Below are positions 48,125 through 57,209 of a stretch of DNA of 64,000 nucleotides, in pieces. The position numbers and the translations under genes were made by a program. The stretch spans positions 94,108 to 158,107 of the forward strand of contig CAJTPS010000001.1 in the NCBI GenBank assembly GCA_910578555.1. Direction: 5' to 3'. The notes under the pieces were generated by a model. The model made no database searches. It had not been told where the DNA came from and saw only the letters and a program-made list of their open reading frames with translations. Source of the stretch: an uncultured Lachnospiraceae bacterium. GTDB taxonomy: Bacteria > Bacillota > Clostridia > Lachnospirales > Lachnospiraceae. Every line of letters begins with the position of its first letter. Within the stretch, counting starts at the first letter, position 1.

Positions 48125-49249
48125 ATGGAGTGTATTAGCATCAGTCACAAGACTGCGCGGTCTGCAGACAGGCAGAAATGCTGTATTCCGAAGGAAAAAA
48201 CTGAGGATTATCTGAGAGAGATTATGAAACTGGACAGGGTGGACGAATGTGTCCTCCTGTCCACTTGCAATCGCACGGAACTGTATGTGCAGGGCGAAGA
48301 GAACAGCTTCGGCGGACTGGAGTATGTCATGGCGAAGGCGGCGGGAAGCGATGCGGCATGGCTTCGCGGCATAGTCAGAAGATATCAGGGCAGGAAGGCA
48401 ATCCGGCATCTTTTCCGGGTGGTCTGCGGTATGGAATCTATGGTCATCGGAGAGGACGAGATCCTGGGACAGGTGCGGGATGCCTATACATATTCTCAGG
48501 AGGCGGGCTGTACCGGCTATGAGTTAAACAGTATTTTTCAGGCTGCACTGGCATGTGCCAAACGGGTAAAAACGGAGACGAGGATCTCTAAAACGTCCGT
48601 GTCCGTGGCGACTTTGGCGGCGAATGAAGTATTCCGGCTGCCTTTGCAGCGCAAGACGGTGCTTCTGATCGGCAGCAGCGGACAGATGGGCGGCATTATC
48701 CTGAAAGATCTGCTGAGCAGAGAAGAGATTCGTGTGATCGCCACGGTCAGATCCCATAACGGGATATACAAGAGCAATCATGCCCGTGTGGAAAATGTCG
48801 ATTATCAGAACCGGTATGATTATCTGGATGAGGCGGACGTCATTATTTCCGCAACATCCAGCCCGCATTATACGCTGACGGCGGATCGGGTACGCAAATC
48901 TGTGAAGGGCGTGAAAGAACGTCTTTTTCTGGATATATCCATGCCGCCGGATATCGACGAAGATATTGCGGACATAGAAGGCTGCCGCCTGACTTCTCTG
49001 GATGATATCCATAAGCTGGCGGAAGAGAATAACAGATTGAAACAGCAGGCGATCGTGGAGGCAGAAGAGATTCTTGAGGAAGATCTGGAAAAAACATGCA
49101 AAGCGCTTTTGTTCCACCGGTTCATGCATACCCATGCCGGCTGGAAGGAAAGGTATGCGGACTGTCCGGCGGAGAAGCTGATCTATGCACTGCGGGACAG
49201 GCTTGACAGCGTGACGTTTGAGGCGGTCCTGACAGTGCTGGACAGGTAA
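48125..49249 (+). CDS. hemA: Glutamyl-tRNA reductase
   Basis: ISHKTA, LSTCNRTE, SMVIGEDEILGQV, ISATSSPH, DISMPPDI. Confidence 0.92.
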   Translation: MECISISHKTARSADRQKCCIPKEKTEDYLREIMKLDRVDECVLLSTCNRTELYVQGEENSFGGLEYVMAKAAGSDAAWLRGIVRRYQGRKAIRHLFRVVCGMESMVIGEDEILGQVRDAYTYSQEAGCTGYELNSIFQAALACAKRVKTETRISKTSVSVATLAANEVFRLPLQRKTVLLIGSSGQMGGIILKDLLSREEIRVIATVRSHNGIYKSNHARVENVDYQNRYDYLDEADVIISATSSPHYTLTADRVRKSVKGVKERLFLDISMPPDIDEDIADIEGCRLTSLDDIHKLAEENNRLKQQAIVEAEEILEEDLEKTCKALLFHRFMHTHAGWKERYADCPAEKLIYALRDRLDSVTFEAVLTVLDR

Positions 49250-49253
49250 GGGG

Positions 49254-49757
49254 CTATACGTGCAGAACCGCTTTCTCCAGGTGCAGCAGCGCTAGCTTTC
49301 TGCCGGTTCCGCCGGCATATCCGGTCAGGCTTCCGTTAGCACCGATGACTCTGTGGCAGGGAACGATAATGGATATTTTGTTGTGTCCCACCGCGCCGCC
49401 GACTGCCTGCGCGGACATGCTGGAAAGACCTTTTTGGACGGCGATTTCTTTCGCAATTTCCCCGTAAGTGACAGTTTTTCCGTAAGGGATTTTTTGCAGG
49501 ATGGCCCAGACCGCGAGTTGAAAGGGCGTGCCTGTCATGTGAAGCGGCGGCAGGAAATCAGGTTCTTTACCTGAAAAATACACTGTCAGCCATTCTTTTG
49601 TCTGGTCGAGGACAGGTGTATCTTGCTCTTTTTGTTCCGGATCCAGTCCTGCGGCATAGTGTTTTGCGCCGTCAAACCATAATCCGGACAGGCCGGTTTC
49701 GTCGGCGGCAAGGAGAATCCCGCCGAACGGGGAAGGGTAATGATTGATATACTGCAC
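49254..49757 (-). CDS. ogt: Methylated-DNA--protein-cysteine methyltransferase
   Basis: GTPFQ, IPYGKTVTYG, IVPCHRV and LTGYAGG motifs. Confidence 0.95.
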   Translation of the reverse strand: MQYINHYPSPFGGILLAADETGLSGLWFDGAKHYAAGLDPEQKEQDTPVLDQTKEWLTVYFSGKEPDFLPPLHMTGTPFQLAVWAILQKIPYGKTVTYGEIAKEIAVQKGLSSMSAQAVGGAVGHNKISIIVPCHRVIGANGSLTGYAGGTGRKLALLHLEKAVLHV

Positions 49758-49875
49758 TTGACATCCCTCCTGCTATGCTTGTTTTTGATTCATCATAAGC
49801 ATAGCACGATTTCAGCGGCTTAACCAGTACAATAATACGACACAAAAACAATATGAGAATTGACGAAGACTCCAT

Positions 49876-50066
49876 ATGAGAGAGGTGTTTTTTCCGGCTT
49901 CCAGTATCAGGACGCGGGTAACTTTTGAAAAGGGGATTTATCTGCTGGGGCAGCCGATCTTTTTTCCGACGGATGCATTGGAAAAAAAGAGGATATACGC
50001 GATGTCTGCGGATATCTGAACAACTGGGCGGATATGGTGATCGTGCGGTACAGCAGGCGGTTATGA
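49876..50066 (+). pseudogene. Frameshifted fragment of an ornithine/aspartate carbamoyltransferase-family gene
   Basis: Reads FFPASSIRTRVTFEKGIYLLG..., then after a frameshift in an A7 run EDIRDVCGYLNNWADMVIVR; matches the S-x-R-T carbamoyl-phosphate motif region. Confidence 0.65.
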
Positions 50067-50090
50067 TGTGGTGTATGGGGCGGACATGTT

Positions 50091-50987
50091 ATGAAAATAC
50101 AAATCAAACAAATAGATGGTGACTTTTCTGTATGTAAAGTATCAGATTATGCAAAGGTGAATCTTTGTGCGCAATACTGTTTCCTCGGAAAAACGGATGA
50201 GGAAAATTCCTTAGTCTGTCTGACCGAAGATGTTCCGGATAACGTCATTGAGCGTGATGATGGCTGGAAAGCCTTTCGAATACAAGGCGTGTTAGACTTT
50301 TCCTTAATAGGGATCTTATCTAAAATATCAACTTTGCTGGCAAAGAACCGGATCGGAATTTTTGCTGTATCGACTTATAATACGGATTATATTCTGATAA
50401 AGCGCGACAATTATGAAAAGGCGATGCGAGTGTTAGAAGACGCCGGATATGCGCAGAAAGAGAACAGAAGCAAAAGTGCTTCGGGTCATACAGTAGAGAT
50501 CAGACCTGTTGTAAGCACGGATGACTGGATGGCAATCAGTCATGTCTATGAGCAGAGCTGGAAATATGCCTATCGCGGTATCATTCCCGATACATGGCTT
50601 GCACGGATTCCATCGGGACAGTGGGCCAACGGGCTGAAAAATCCGGATCGCTTGTCTCTGGTACTGCTTGAGGATGGAAAAATATGCGGTTCGTCATCCT
50701 ACAGTCATGCGAGAATGGAAGAGATGAAGGGCTATGGCGAGATTATTTCGATCTATCTGCTGCCGGAAATGATGCACAAGGGCTACGGATATCAGTTAAT
50801 GCAGGCTGTGATTTCTGAATTATATGATATGGGTTATCAGAAAGTCTATTTGTGGGTTCTGGAGGAAAATAAGAATGCTCGCCGGTTTTATGAGCGGTTC
50901 GGATTCGTACAGAAGGACTGGAGGCAGATGGATATTTATGACGGAAAAGAAGTGGCGGAGCTGATGTATGTGTATGAGATAGAGTGA
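50091..50987 (+). CDS. ACT-domain (ACT_7-like) / GNAT acetyltransferase fusion
   Basis: GVLDFSLIGILS...IFAVSTYNTDYIL ACT half; IYLLPE..HKGYG..WVLEENKNARRFYE GNAT half. Confidence 0.85.
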   Translation: MKIQIKQIDGDFSVCKVSDYAKVNLCAQYCFLGKTDEENSLVCLTEDVPDNVIERDDGWKAFRIQGVLDFSLIGILSKISTLLAKNRIGIFAVSTYNTDYILIKRDNYEKAMRVLEDAGYAQKENRSKSASGHTVEIRPVVSTDDWMAISHVYEQSWKYAYRGIIPDTWLARIPSGQWANGLKNPDRLSLVLLEDGKICGSSSYSHARMEEMKGYGEIISIYLLPEMMHKGYGYQLMQAVISELYDMGYQKVYLWVLEENKNARRFYERFGFVQKDWRQMDIYDGKEVAELMYVYEIE

Positions 50988-51527
50988 TATAGAATATGAC
51001 AGTCACTGTCATTTCCCTCCCCTGATGGCGTTGTGCAGTCCGGAAAATACTTCTTCGTAACGGTTACAATCCTTTAGGGCACAACCGTCACGTGAAGGGT
51101 TAAGGGGATATCTTGATTTTCATAGCAAAATCAGTAGAAGTTCTATATGCTGCATCGTCCGCTTTCCTTTTTTGACGCGGTTCTGGTCATTACATAGTCC
51201 GGCAGCAGGTTTTACGATATCGTAAATACATTATAGCAAAGAGACAGGAAACAGGTTTGATATTTTGAGTAAAATAATTCATAAAAAATTATAATTATGA
51301 CAAAATATATTTACAATTTCGAAAATTATATGCTATAGTAATGAAAAGCATATTTTCTACATATAACAGATCATTAATTTCTATCATTAAATTCTAAGTT
51401 TCAGAAAATCCATGCTTTGTTCCCAATTATTAATTGCAGAAGCAGGAGGATCTGAAACGGTTCTCCTGTGCCGGACAGTCCGATTCAGTTTGAAAAAGGT
51501 CTGTCAATCATCAAAGGAGGACATTAG

Positions 51528-52385
51528 ATGAACGCAACAGATGTACAACGTAACTTTAAAGACACAGTATTCCGTATGCTTTTTAAGGAAAAGAAAAACC
51601 TGCTGAATCTGTACAATGCACTGAACAGAACGACATACACAAATACAGATGATCTGGAAATTACGACACTGGAAAATGCAGTTTATATGAATTATAAGAA
51701 TGATATTTCCTTTGTGTTTGACTTTGAGTTAATGCTCTATGAACATCAGTCTACATACAATCCTAACATGCCGTTGCGGGATCTGCTTTATGTGAGCAGT
51801 GTATTACATAATCGGGTCAAAAATGAGAACCTCTATAGTAAGAAGCTCATTAAAATTCCGACGCCGCAATTTGTTGTATTCTATAATGGAGTGGACTCTC
51901 AGCCGGAACAGCAGATCCTTCGGCTGTCAGATGCTTTTGAGAAAAGACAGGAGAGGCCGGCGCTGGAACTGGCGGTACTGGTTTACAATATCAATTTAGG
52001 ACACAATCAGGAATTACTGGATACATGCTGCCTGTTAAAAGAGTATGCGCAGTATGTGGAACAGGTCAGGACTTTTGCAAAGGAAATGTCTTTTCCGGAA
52101 GCAGTCGAGCAGGCAGTGGAACATTGTATCAGAAACGGAATACTTTCGGATTTTTTATCTGAAAACCGGGCGGAGGCGATTGCAGTGAGTATTTTTGAGT
52201 ACGATGAAGAGAAGCATATACAGAGCGAACGGAAAGAATGGCGCGAGATAGGCCGTGAAGAGGGCGAGAACAAGGTTTTACAACTTATGCAGAAACTTAT
52301 GGAGGCCGGTAAAACCGGGGAAATGAAGCGCGCCCTGTCCGATCCGGCATTTCGGGAACAGTTGTATCGGGAATACGGACAGTAA
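51528..52385 (+). CDS. Rpn-like PD-(D/E)XK nuclease family protein
   Basis: KDTVFRMLF, NDISF, YEHQST.NPNMPLR, FVVFYNG, C-terminal EIGREEG; RBS AAGGAGG. Confidence 0.8.
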   Translation: MNATDVQRNFKDTVFRMLFKEKKNLLNLYNALNRTTYTNTDDLEITTLENAVYMNYKNDISFVFDFELMLYEHQSTYNPNMPLRDLLYVSSVLHNRVKNENLYSKKLIKIPTPQFVVFYNGVDSQPEQQILRLSDAFEKRQERPALELAVLVYNINLGHNQELLDTCCLLKEYAQYVEQVRTFAKEMSFPEAVEQAVEHCIRNGILSDFLSENRAEAIAVSIFEYDEEKHIQSERKEWREIGREEGENKVLQLMQKLMEAGKTGEMKRALSDPAFREQLYREYGQ

Positions 52386-52548
52386 TAGTATATACTGATA
52401 GATGTTGCGGACGGCAGTCCAATGAAGAAAGGGGACCCGGACAAAAGACAGCATTTATGGTTTGGAAAAATGTATCCCAAAATGCTATACTGGAATCATC
52501 ATTATTATGCCTGCGGCTCAGATTTGCAGGTTACGGAAAGGCGTGGTT

Positions 52549-54687
52549 ATGAATATGAAAAGAGAAGAGGCAAGGCGCAGAGCCGAAGAACTTGTAGGAC
52601 AAATGACGATAGAGGAGCGGGCGGCGCAGCTGCGGTATGACGCACCGGCGATTGAGCGGCTGGGGATTCCCGCATATAACTGGTGGGGAGAAGGGCTGCA
52701 CGGTGTGGCAAGAGCAGGTACCGCTACGGTATTCCCACAGGCGATCGGCATGGCGGCGGCATTCGATGATGCACTGCTTGAGAAAATTGCGGACTGCATT
52801 GCCACCGAAGGCAGAGCGAAGTACAATGCTTATACGGCGGAAAATGACAGGGACATCTATAAGGGGCTTACATTCTGGTCACCGAATATTAATATTTTCC
52901 GTGATCCCAGATGGGGGCGAGGACATGAGACCTATGGGGAGGACCCCTACCTGACGTCGAGGCTCGGCACCGCGTATGTCAAGGGGCTGCAGGGAGACGG
53001 GGAGGTCATGAAGGCAGCGGCGTGCGCGAAACACTTTGCGGTGCATTCCGGTCCGGAGGCGCAGCGGCATACCTTTAATGCGGAGGTGTCGGCAAAAGAT
53101 CTGGAAGAGACGTATCTTCCGGCGTTTGAGGCGCTGGTAAAGGAAGCGCATGTGGAAGCGGTCATGGGAGCATATAACAGGACCAACGGTGAGCCGTGCT
53201 GTGGAAGCAAAACGCTGATGCAGGATATTCTGCGCGGCAGATGGGGATTTGAAGGGCATTATGTATCTGACTGCTGGGCAGTTCAGGATTTTCATGATAA
53301 GCATATGGTGACATCTACGCCGGCGGAATCGGCAGCGCTGGCCATCAATGCGGGATGCGACTTAAACTGCGGGGTGACTTATCTGTGCCTGCTGGCGGCA
53401 TACAAACAGGGCCTGGTTACGGAGAAGACAATTACGGAAGCGGCAGTGCGGCTGTACACGACGCGGTATCTATTGGGAATGTTCGAGCAGACAGAGTATG
53501 ACGAGATCCCTTATGAAGTGGTAGAGTGCGAAGCGCATCTGGCGCTGGCAGACCAGATTACAAAAGAGAGTGTTGTCATGCTGAAGAATGACGGTATTCT
53601 GCCGCTCGATATTAACCAGATCAAAACCATTGGCATCATCGGCCCCAATGCCGACAGCAGACGGGCCCTGGTGGGCAATTATCACGGGACCTCTTCCGAG
53701 TATGTGACGGTATCCGAGGGTATCCGACAGTACGTGGAAGGCAGGGCAAGGGTACTGTACTCGGAGGGATGCGCATTATTTGAGGAGCAGACGGAATCCC
53801 TTGCGATGAAGGGAGACAGACTGGCGGAGGCAAAAGCTGTTGCAAGACAGAGTGATGTCGTGATACTGTGTATCGGCTTAGACGAGACGCTGGAAGGAGA
53901 AGAGGGTGATACAGGCAACAGTTACGCGTCCGGTGATAAGCTGGATCTGCTGCTGCCGAAGCCCCAGAGAGATCTGATGGAAGCGGTTGCTTCTACGGGC
54001 AAACCGGTGGTATGCTGTCTGATGGCGGGAAGCGCGATTGACTTAAGGTATCCGGCCGGGCACTTTAATGCGATTATGCAGCTCTGGTACCCCGGCGCAA
54101 GAGGGGGCAGGAGTGTTGCCGATCTATTATTTGGAGAGGTCTCCCCCTCCGGTAAGCTGCCGGTTACTTTCTACCGGGATCTGGAAGGACTGCCGGAATT
54201 TACGGACTATCGTATGCAGAGCAGAACTTACCGCTATCTGGAGGGCGAGGCGCAGTATCCGTTCGGATTCGGCCTGACGTATGGCAGAGTAGCTGTCACG
54301 AAAGCGGAACTGACCGGTATGTCGGAAAAGAAAGACGAGTTTGGCCTTTCGGACGTGAGGATTACCGTTACGGCGGCTAACAGCGGAACATATGACACGG
54401 ACGACGTAGTGCAGATCTATATGAAAAATACGGACTCTGCCTATGCCGTGAGGAATCCGGCGTTGTGCGCGTTCCGGCGAATTCATGTCAAAGCGGGGCA
54501 GAGCGTTACGATAGAACTTACCGTTGCCGGGCGGGCGTTCTCGGTAGTGGACGATCAAGGGGTGCGCAGAGCGGACGGCAATCATTATAAGCTGTACGTC
54601 GGAACGACGCAGCCGGATGAAAGAAGTATTGCTTTGACGGGGACGGAACCTGTGGAACTGCAGGTATGTCTGCCTGATCTGACTTAA
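52549..54687 (+). CDS. GH3 beta-xylosidase/beta-glucosidase
   Basis: EGLHGVA, WSPNINIFRDPRWGRGHETYGED, KHFA, VSDCWA, YPFGFGL, C-terminal Fn3-like domain. Confidence 0.93.
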   Translation: MNMKREEARRRAEELVGQMTIEERAAQLRYDAPAIERLGIPAYNWWGEGLHGVARAGTATVFPQAIGMAAAFDDALLEKIADCIATEGRAKYNAYTAENDRDIYKGLTFWSPNINIFRDPRWGRGHETYGEDPYLTSRLGTAYVKGLQGDGEVMKAAACAKHFAVHSGPEAQRHTFNAEVSAKDLEETYLPAFEALVKEAHVEAVMGAYNRTNGEPCCGSKTLMQDILRGRWGFEGHYVSDCWAVQDFHDKHMVTSTPAESAALAINAGCDLNCGVTYLCLLAAYKQGLVTEKTITEAAVRLYTTRYLLGMFEQTEYDEIPYEVVECEAHLALADQITKESVVMLKNDGILPLDINQIKTIGIIGPNADSRRALVGNYHGTSSEYVTVSEGIRQYVEGRARVLYSEGCALFEEQTESLAMKGDRLAEAKAVARQSDVVILCIGLDETLEGEEGDTGNSYASGDKLDLLLPKPQRDLMEAVASTGKPVVCCLMAGSAIDLRYPAGHFNAIMQLWYPGARGGRSVADLLFGEVSPSGKLPVTFYRDLEGLPEFTDYRMQSRTYRYLEGEAQYPFGFGLTYGRVAVTKAELTGMSEKKDEFGLSDVRITVTAANSGTYDTDDVVQIYMKNTDSAYAVRNPALCAFRRIHVKAGQSVTIELTVAGRAFSVVDDQGVRRADGNHYKLYVGTTQPDERSIALTGTEPVELQVCLPDLT

Positions 54688-55148
54688 GAAAGCGGAATAT
54701 TCTCAGTGATGACGCCGCAGCCGATCTTGACACCGGAATTACCGGACGGCTGCGTGGTGAAATCGTCAGGCGCGCTGTGAATAATCAAAGAACGGCCGAT
54801 GATTTCCGGCAGTTCAAACCGGTCGGTGTAGAAGACGCTGTATGCGTAGCCCTCGTTGCCCAGAAGCGGCAGCAGGTCACCGGCGTGTTTTGGGTGCGGC
54901 AGCCCGGCGGGATTATAGTGGTTGCCGGTTTGATCAAATGGAAGAGCACAGTTACCGGTCTCATGGATATGCATACCATAGAATTGACTGTAAGGCGGTA
55001 TATTATCGTATGGCAGACCGTACACTTCCGTTTCGATCAGTACGCCGCCGAACGGAACCGGGTAAAAGTAGGCGATCCCGTGCAGAGAAGGATGATCGGT
55101 ATTACCGGCAATCTTTGCGTAAGCGCTTGGGTATGAATATTGTCTCAT
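54684..55148 (-). CDS. Cu/Zn superoxide dismutase family protein
   Basis: GMHIHE, HYNP, HAGDL, GRSLIIH, QPSGNSG..IGCG. Confidence 0.88.
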   Translation of the reverse strand: MRQYSYPSAYAKIAGNTDHPSLHGIAYFYPVPFGGVLIETEVYGLPYDNIPPYSQFYGMHIHETGNCALPFDQTGNHYNPAGLPHPKHAGDLLPLLGNEGYAYSVFYTDRFELPEIIGRSLIIHSAPDDFTTQPSGNSGVKIGCGVITENIPLS

Positions 55149-55240
55149 GGTTGATTTCCTGTTTGCTATATAGAAGATTGCTATATGATATGTGAAACGC
55201 AGGAAAAGGTGTCTGGTAATCAAAAGGGGAGGAAACAGCG

Positions 55241-55912
55241 GTGGGATATTTTCCTTTTTTTATGGATATAGGCGGTAAATGCGGTGTGATTGCGGGCGGC
55301 GGCAGGGTTGCCGCAAGGAAAGTGGAGAAGCTGCTTGCATTCGGGCCGAATCTGACAGTGATTGCGCCTGAGATCGAGGCATGTATCAGAGAAATGAAAG
55401 AGCAGCTGCAGGAAGAGCAGATTTCTTCGATTATACTGCAGGAGAGGCTGTTTCAAATGTCAGATCTGGCAGGCGCGGATTTTGTCATTGCGGCGACAGA
55501 TGATGATGTGTTGAACGGACGCATTTCAGAATATTGTATGGCAGAGTGCATTCCCGTTAATGTGGTGGACGACAGGGCGAAATGCTCTTTCTTTTTCCCG
55601 GCGCTGATACAGGAGGGAGATTTGACGATCGGTATTTGCACGAACGGCAAGAGTCCGGCAGCAGCGGCGTGGGTGAGAAATGAACTCTCACAGGTACTCC
55701 CCGATGGACTGGGAAAAGCGATTGACTTGATGGGTCAAATCAGGCCGTATATTATGGAGACAGATATGCCGGAATCAGCCAGAAGGGATATTCTGGAGAA
55801 GTTGTTTGTGTATTGCATAGAGCGCGGGGGCGAAATATTATTGGAAGAATTGAAAGAACGGATGATGGAAATGCAGAGTCGAGCCAGTGAGGAAGAGTGG
55901 AAAGCCGGATAG
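55241..55912 (+). CDS. Precorrin-2 dehydrogenase / sirohydrochlorin ferrochelatase (SirC/Met8-like)
   Basis: YFPFF, AGGGRVAARK, IAATDD, VNVVDD, TNGKSP. Confidence 0.9.
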   Translation: MGYFPFFMDIGGKCGVIAGGGRVAARKVEKLLAFGPNLTVIAPEIEACIREMKEQLQEEQISSIILQERLFQMSDLAGADFVIAATDDDVLNGRISEYCMAECIPVNVVDDRAKCSFFFPALIQEGDLTIGICTNGKSPAAAAWVRNELSQVLPDGLGKAIDLMGQIRPYIMETDMPESARRDILEKLFVYCIERGGEILLEELKERMMEMQSRASEEEWKAG

Positions 55913-56003
55913 ATGAATCTTGTGATGCAGGCAGTATTCTTCCGGACAAGCTTGCCTGTCCATGGATTTTGAGATTCCGTTAAGCGGAATCATGGAGGTT
56001 ACT

Positions 56004-57209
56004 ATGAAGAGGATTCGGATCGGAACGCGGGGCAGTAAGCTGGCGCTCAGACAGGCGGAGATGGTACGGGAAGCGATAGAGAGGAAGCACAGCGAGATAG
56101 AGACAGAGATTGTTGTTTTACATACACAAGGTGATAAGATACTGGATAAGCCCTTGGTCGAGATCGGCGATAAGGGCGTTTTTGTGTCGGAATTTGAACA
56201 GGCGCTTCTGGCGGGGGAGATCGATCTCGCGGTACATTCTGCCAAAGATCTGCCAGAGAGGCTGGCAGAGGGACTGTGTATCGCGGCGGTACTTCCGCGG
56301 GGAGATGTGCGGGATGTGCTCGTGGTCCCGAAGGGTGGAAGAGTACCCAGGGCTATTGGGGACAGTATGGAGGCGGAAAAGAATGAAGGCGAAGCAGAAG
56401 AGGGACAGCGTACTTTTGTGATCGGTACCGGCAGCAGACGGCGCAGGCGGCAGGCGGGGCAGTTCTGGGCGGATGTGACATGTAAAGATATTCGCGGGAA
56501 TGTGGATACACGTCTCCAGAAGCTGAAAAACAGCGGCGGAAATAGAACGGAACATGGTGGAGCCGATGGTTCCGGAACAAATGATAAAGCAGGAGACATA
56601 GAACCGGGGAATGTGTATGTAACAGGTTACGACGGTCTTATACTGGCGAAGGCCGGGCTGGACCGGTTAGAGATTATGCTCCGATATGGGAATGCATTTG
56701 ACTTCTATCCACTTGCACCGGAGCAGTTTCTGCCGGCGGCCTGCCAGGGCATCATCGCGGTGGAGGCGGTACAGGATTCGGAGATCGCCGCACTGTGCAG
56801 AGAAGTGACGGATGCAGACACAGAACGCAGCTTCCTGGTGGAGCGGGAGGTGCTGACGCAGTTGGCGGCGGACTGCAGCGATACCGCGGCTGCATGGTGC
56901 AGGCAGGAGCAAGGGAGCCTGATTCTGGATGTAATGTATGCCGGAAACAGGCATCAGGTTAAATACAGCGAGGATGATCAGGAACAAAGTACAGATGTAG
57001 TAAGCGGAACAGTGCAATTTCAGAAAGTTCAGGAAGCGGAGGCTGGCGGCAGAACGGAAGCGCAATTTTACAAAACGGCAGAAAAGACCGGAGAAGAAGT
57101 GCGAATCCGGCAGGACAGGGAAACCGGGAAAAGGGATGCACTTCTCCAGGCCGGGCTGGCAATGGCGGCGGAAGCGGCAGGATTATTGAAAGGGAAGAAG
57201 ATTACTTGA
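56004..57209 (+). CDS. hemC: Hydroxymethylbilane synthase (porphobilinogen deaminase), with loop insertions
   Basis: IGTRGSKLA, KGVFVSE, AVHSAKDLP, IRGNVDTRL, LAKAGLDRL. Confidence 0.92.
   Translation: MKRIRIGTRGSKLALRQAEMVREAIERKHSEIETEIVVLHTQGDKILDKPLVEIGDKGVFVSEFEQALLAGEIDLAVHSAKDLPERLAEGLCIAAVLPRGDVRDVLVVPKGGRVPRAIGDSMEAEKNEGEAEEGQRTFVIGTGSRRRRRQAGQFWADVTCKDIRGNVDTRLQKLKNSGGNRTEHGGADGSGTNDKAGDIEPGNVYVTGYDGLILAKAGLDRLEIMLRYGNAFDFYPLAPEQFLPAACQGIIAVEAVQDSEIAALCREVTDADTERSFLVEREVLTQLAADCSDTAAAWCRQEQGSLILDVMYAGNRHQVKYSEDDQEQSTDVVSGTVQFQKVQEAEAGGRTEAQFYKTAEKTGEEVRIRQDRETGKRDALLQAGLAMAAEAAGLLKGKKIT

Noticed and set aside
51528..52385. Rpn-like gene as an active IS transposase
   Set aside because: No terminal inverted repeats or target duplications are visible, and the family is not known to transpose as an IS.
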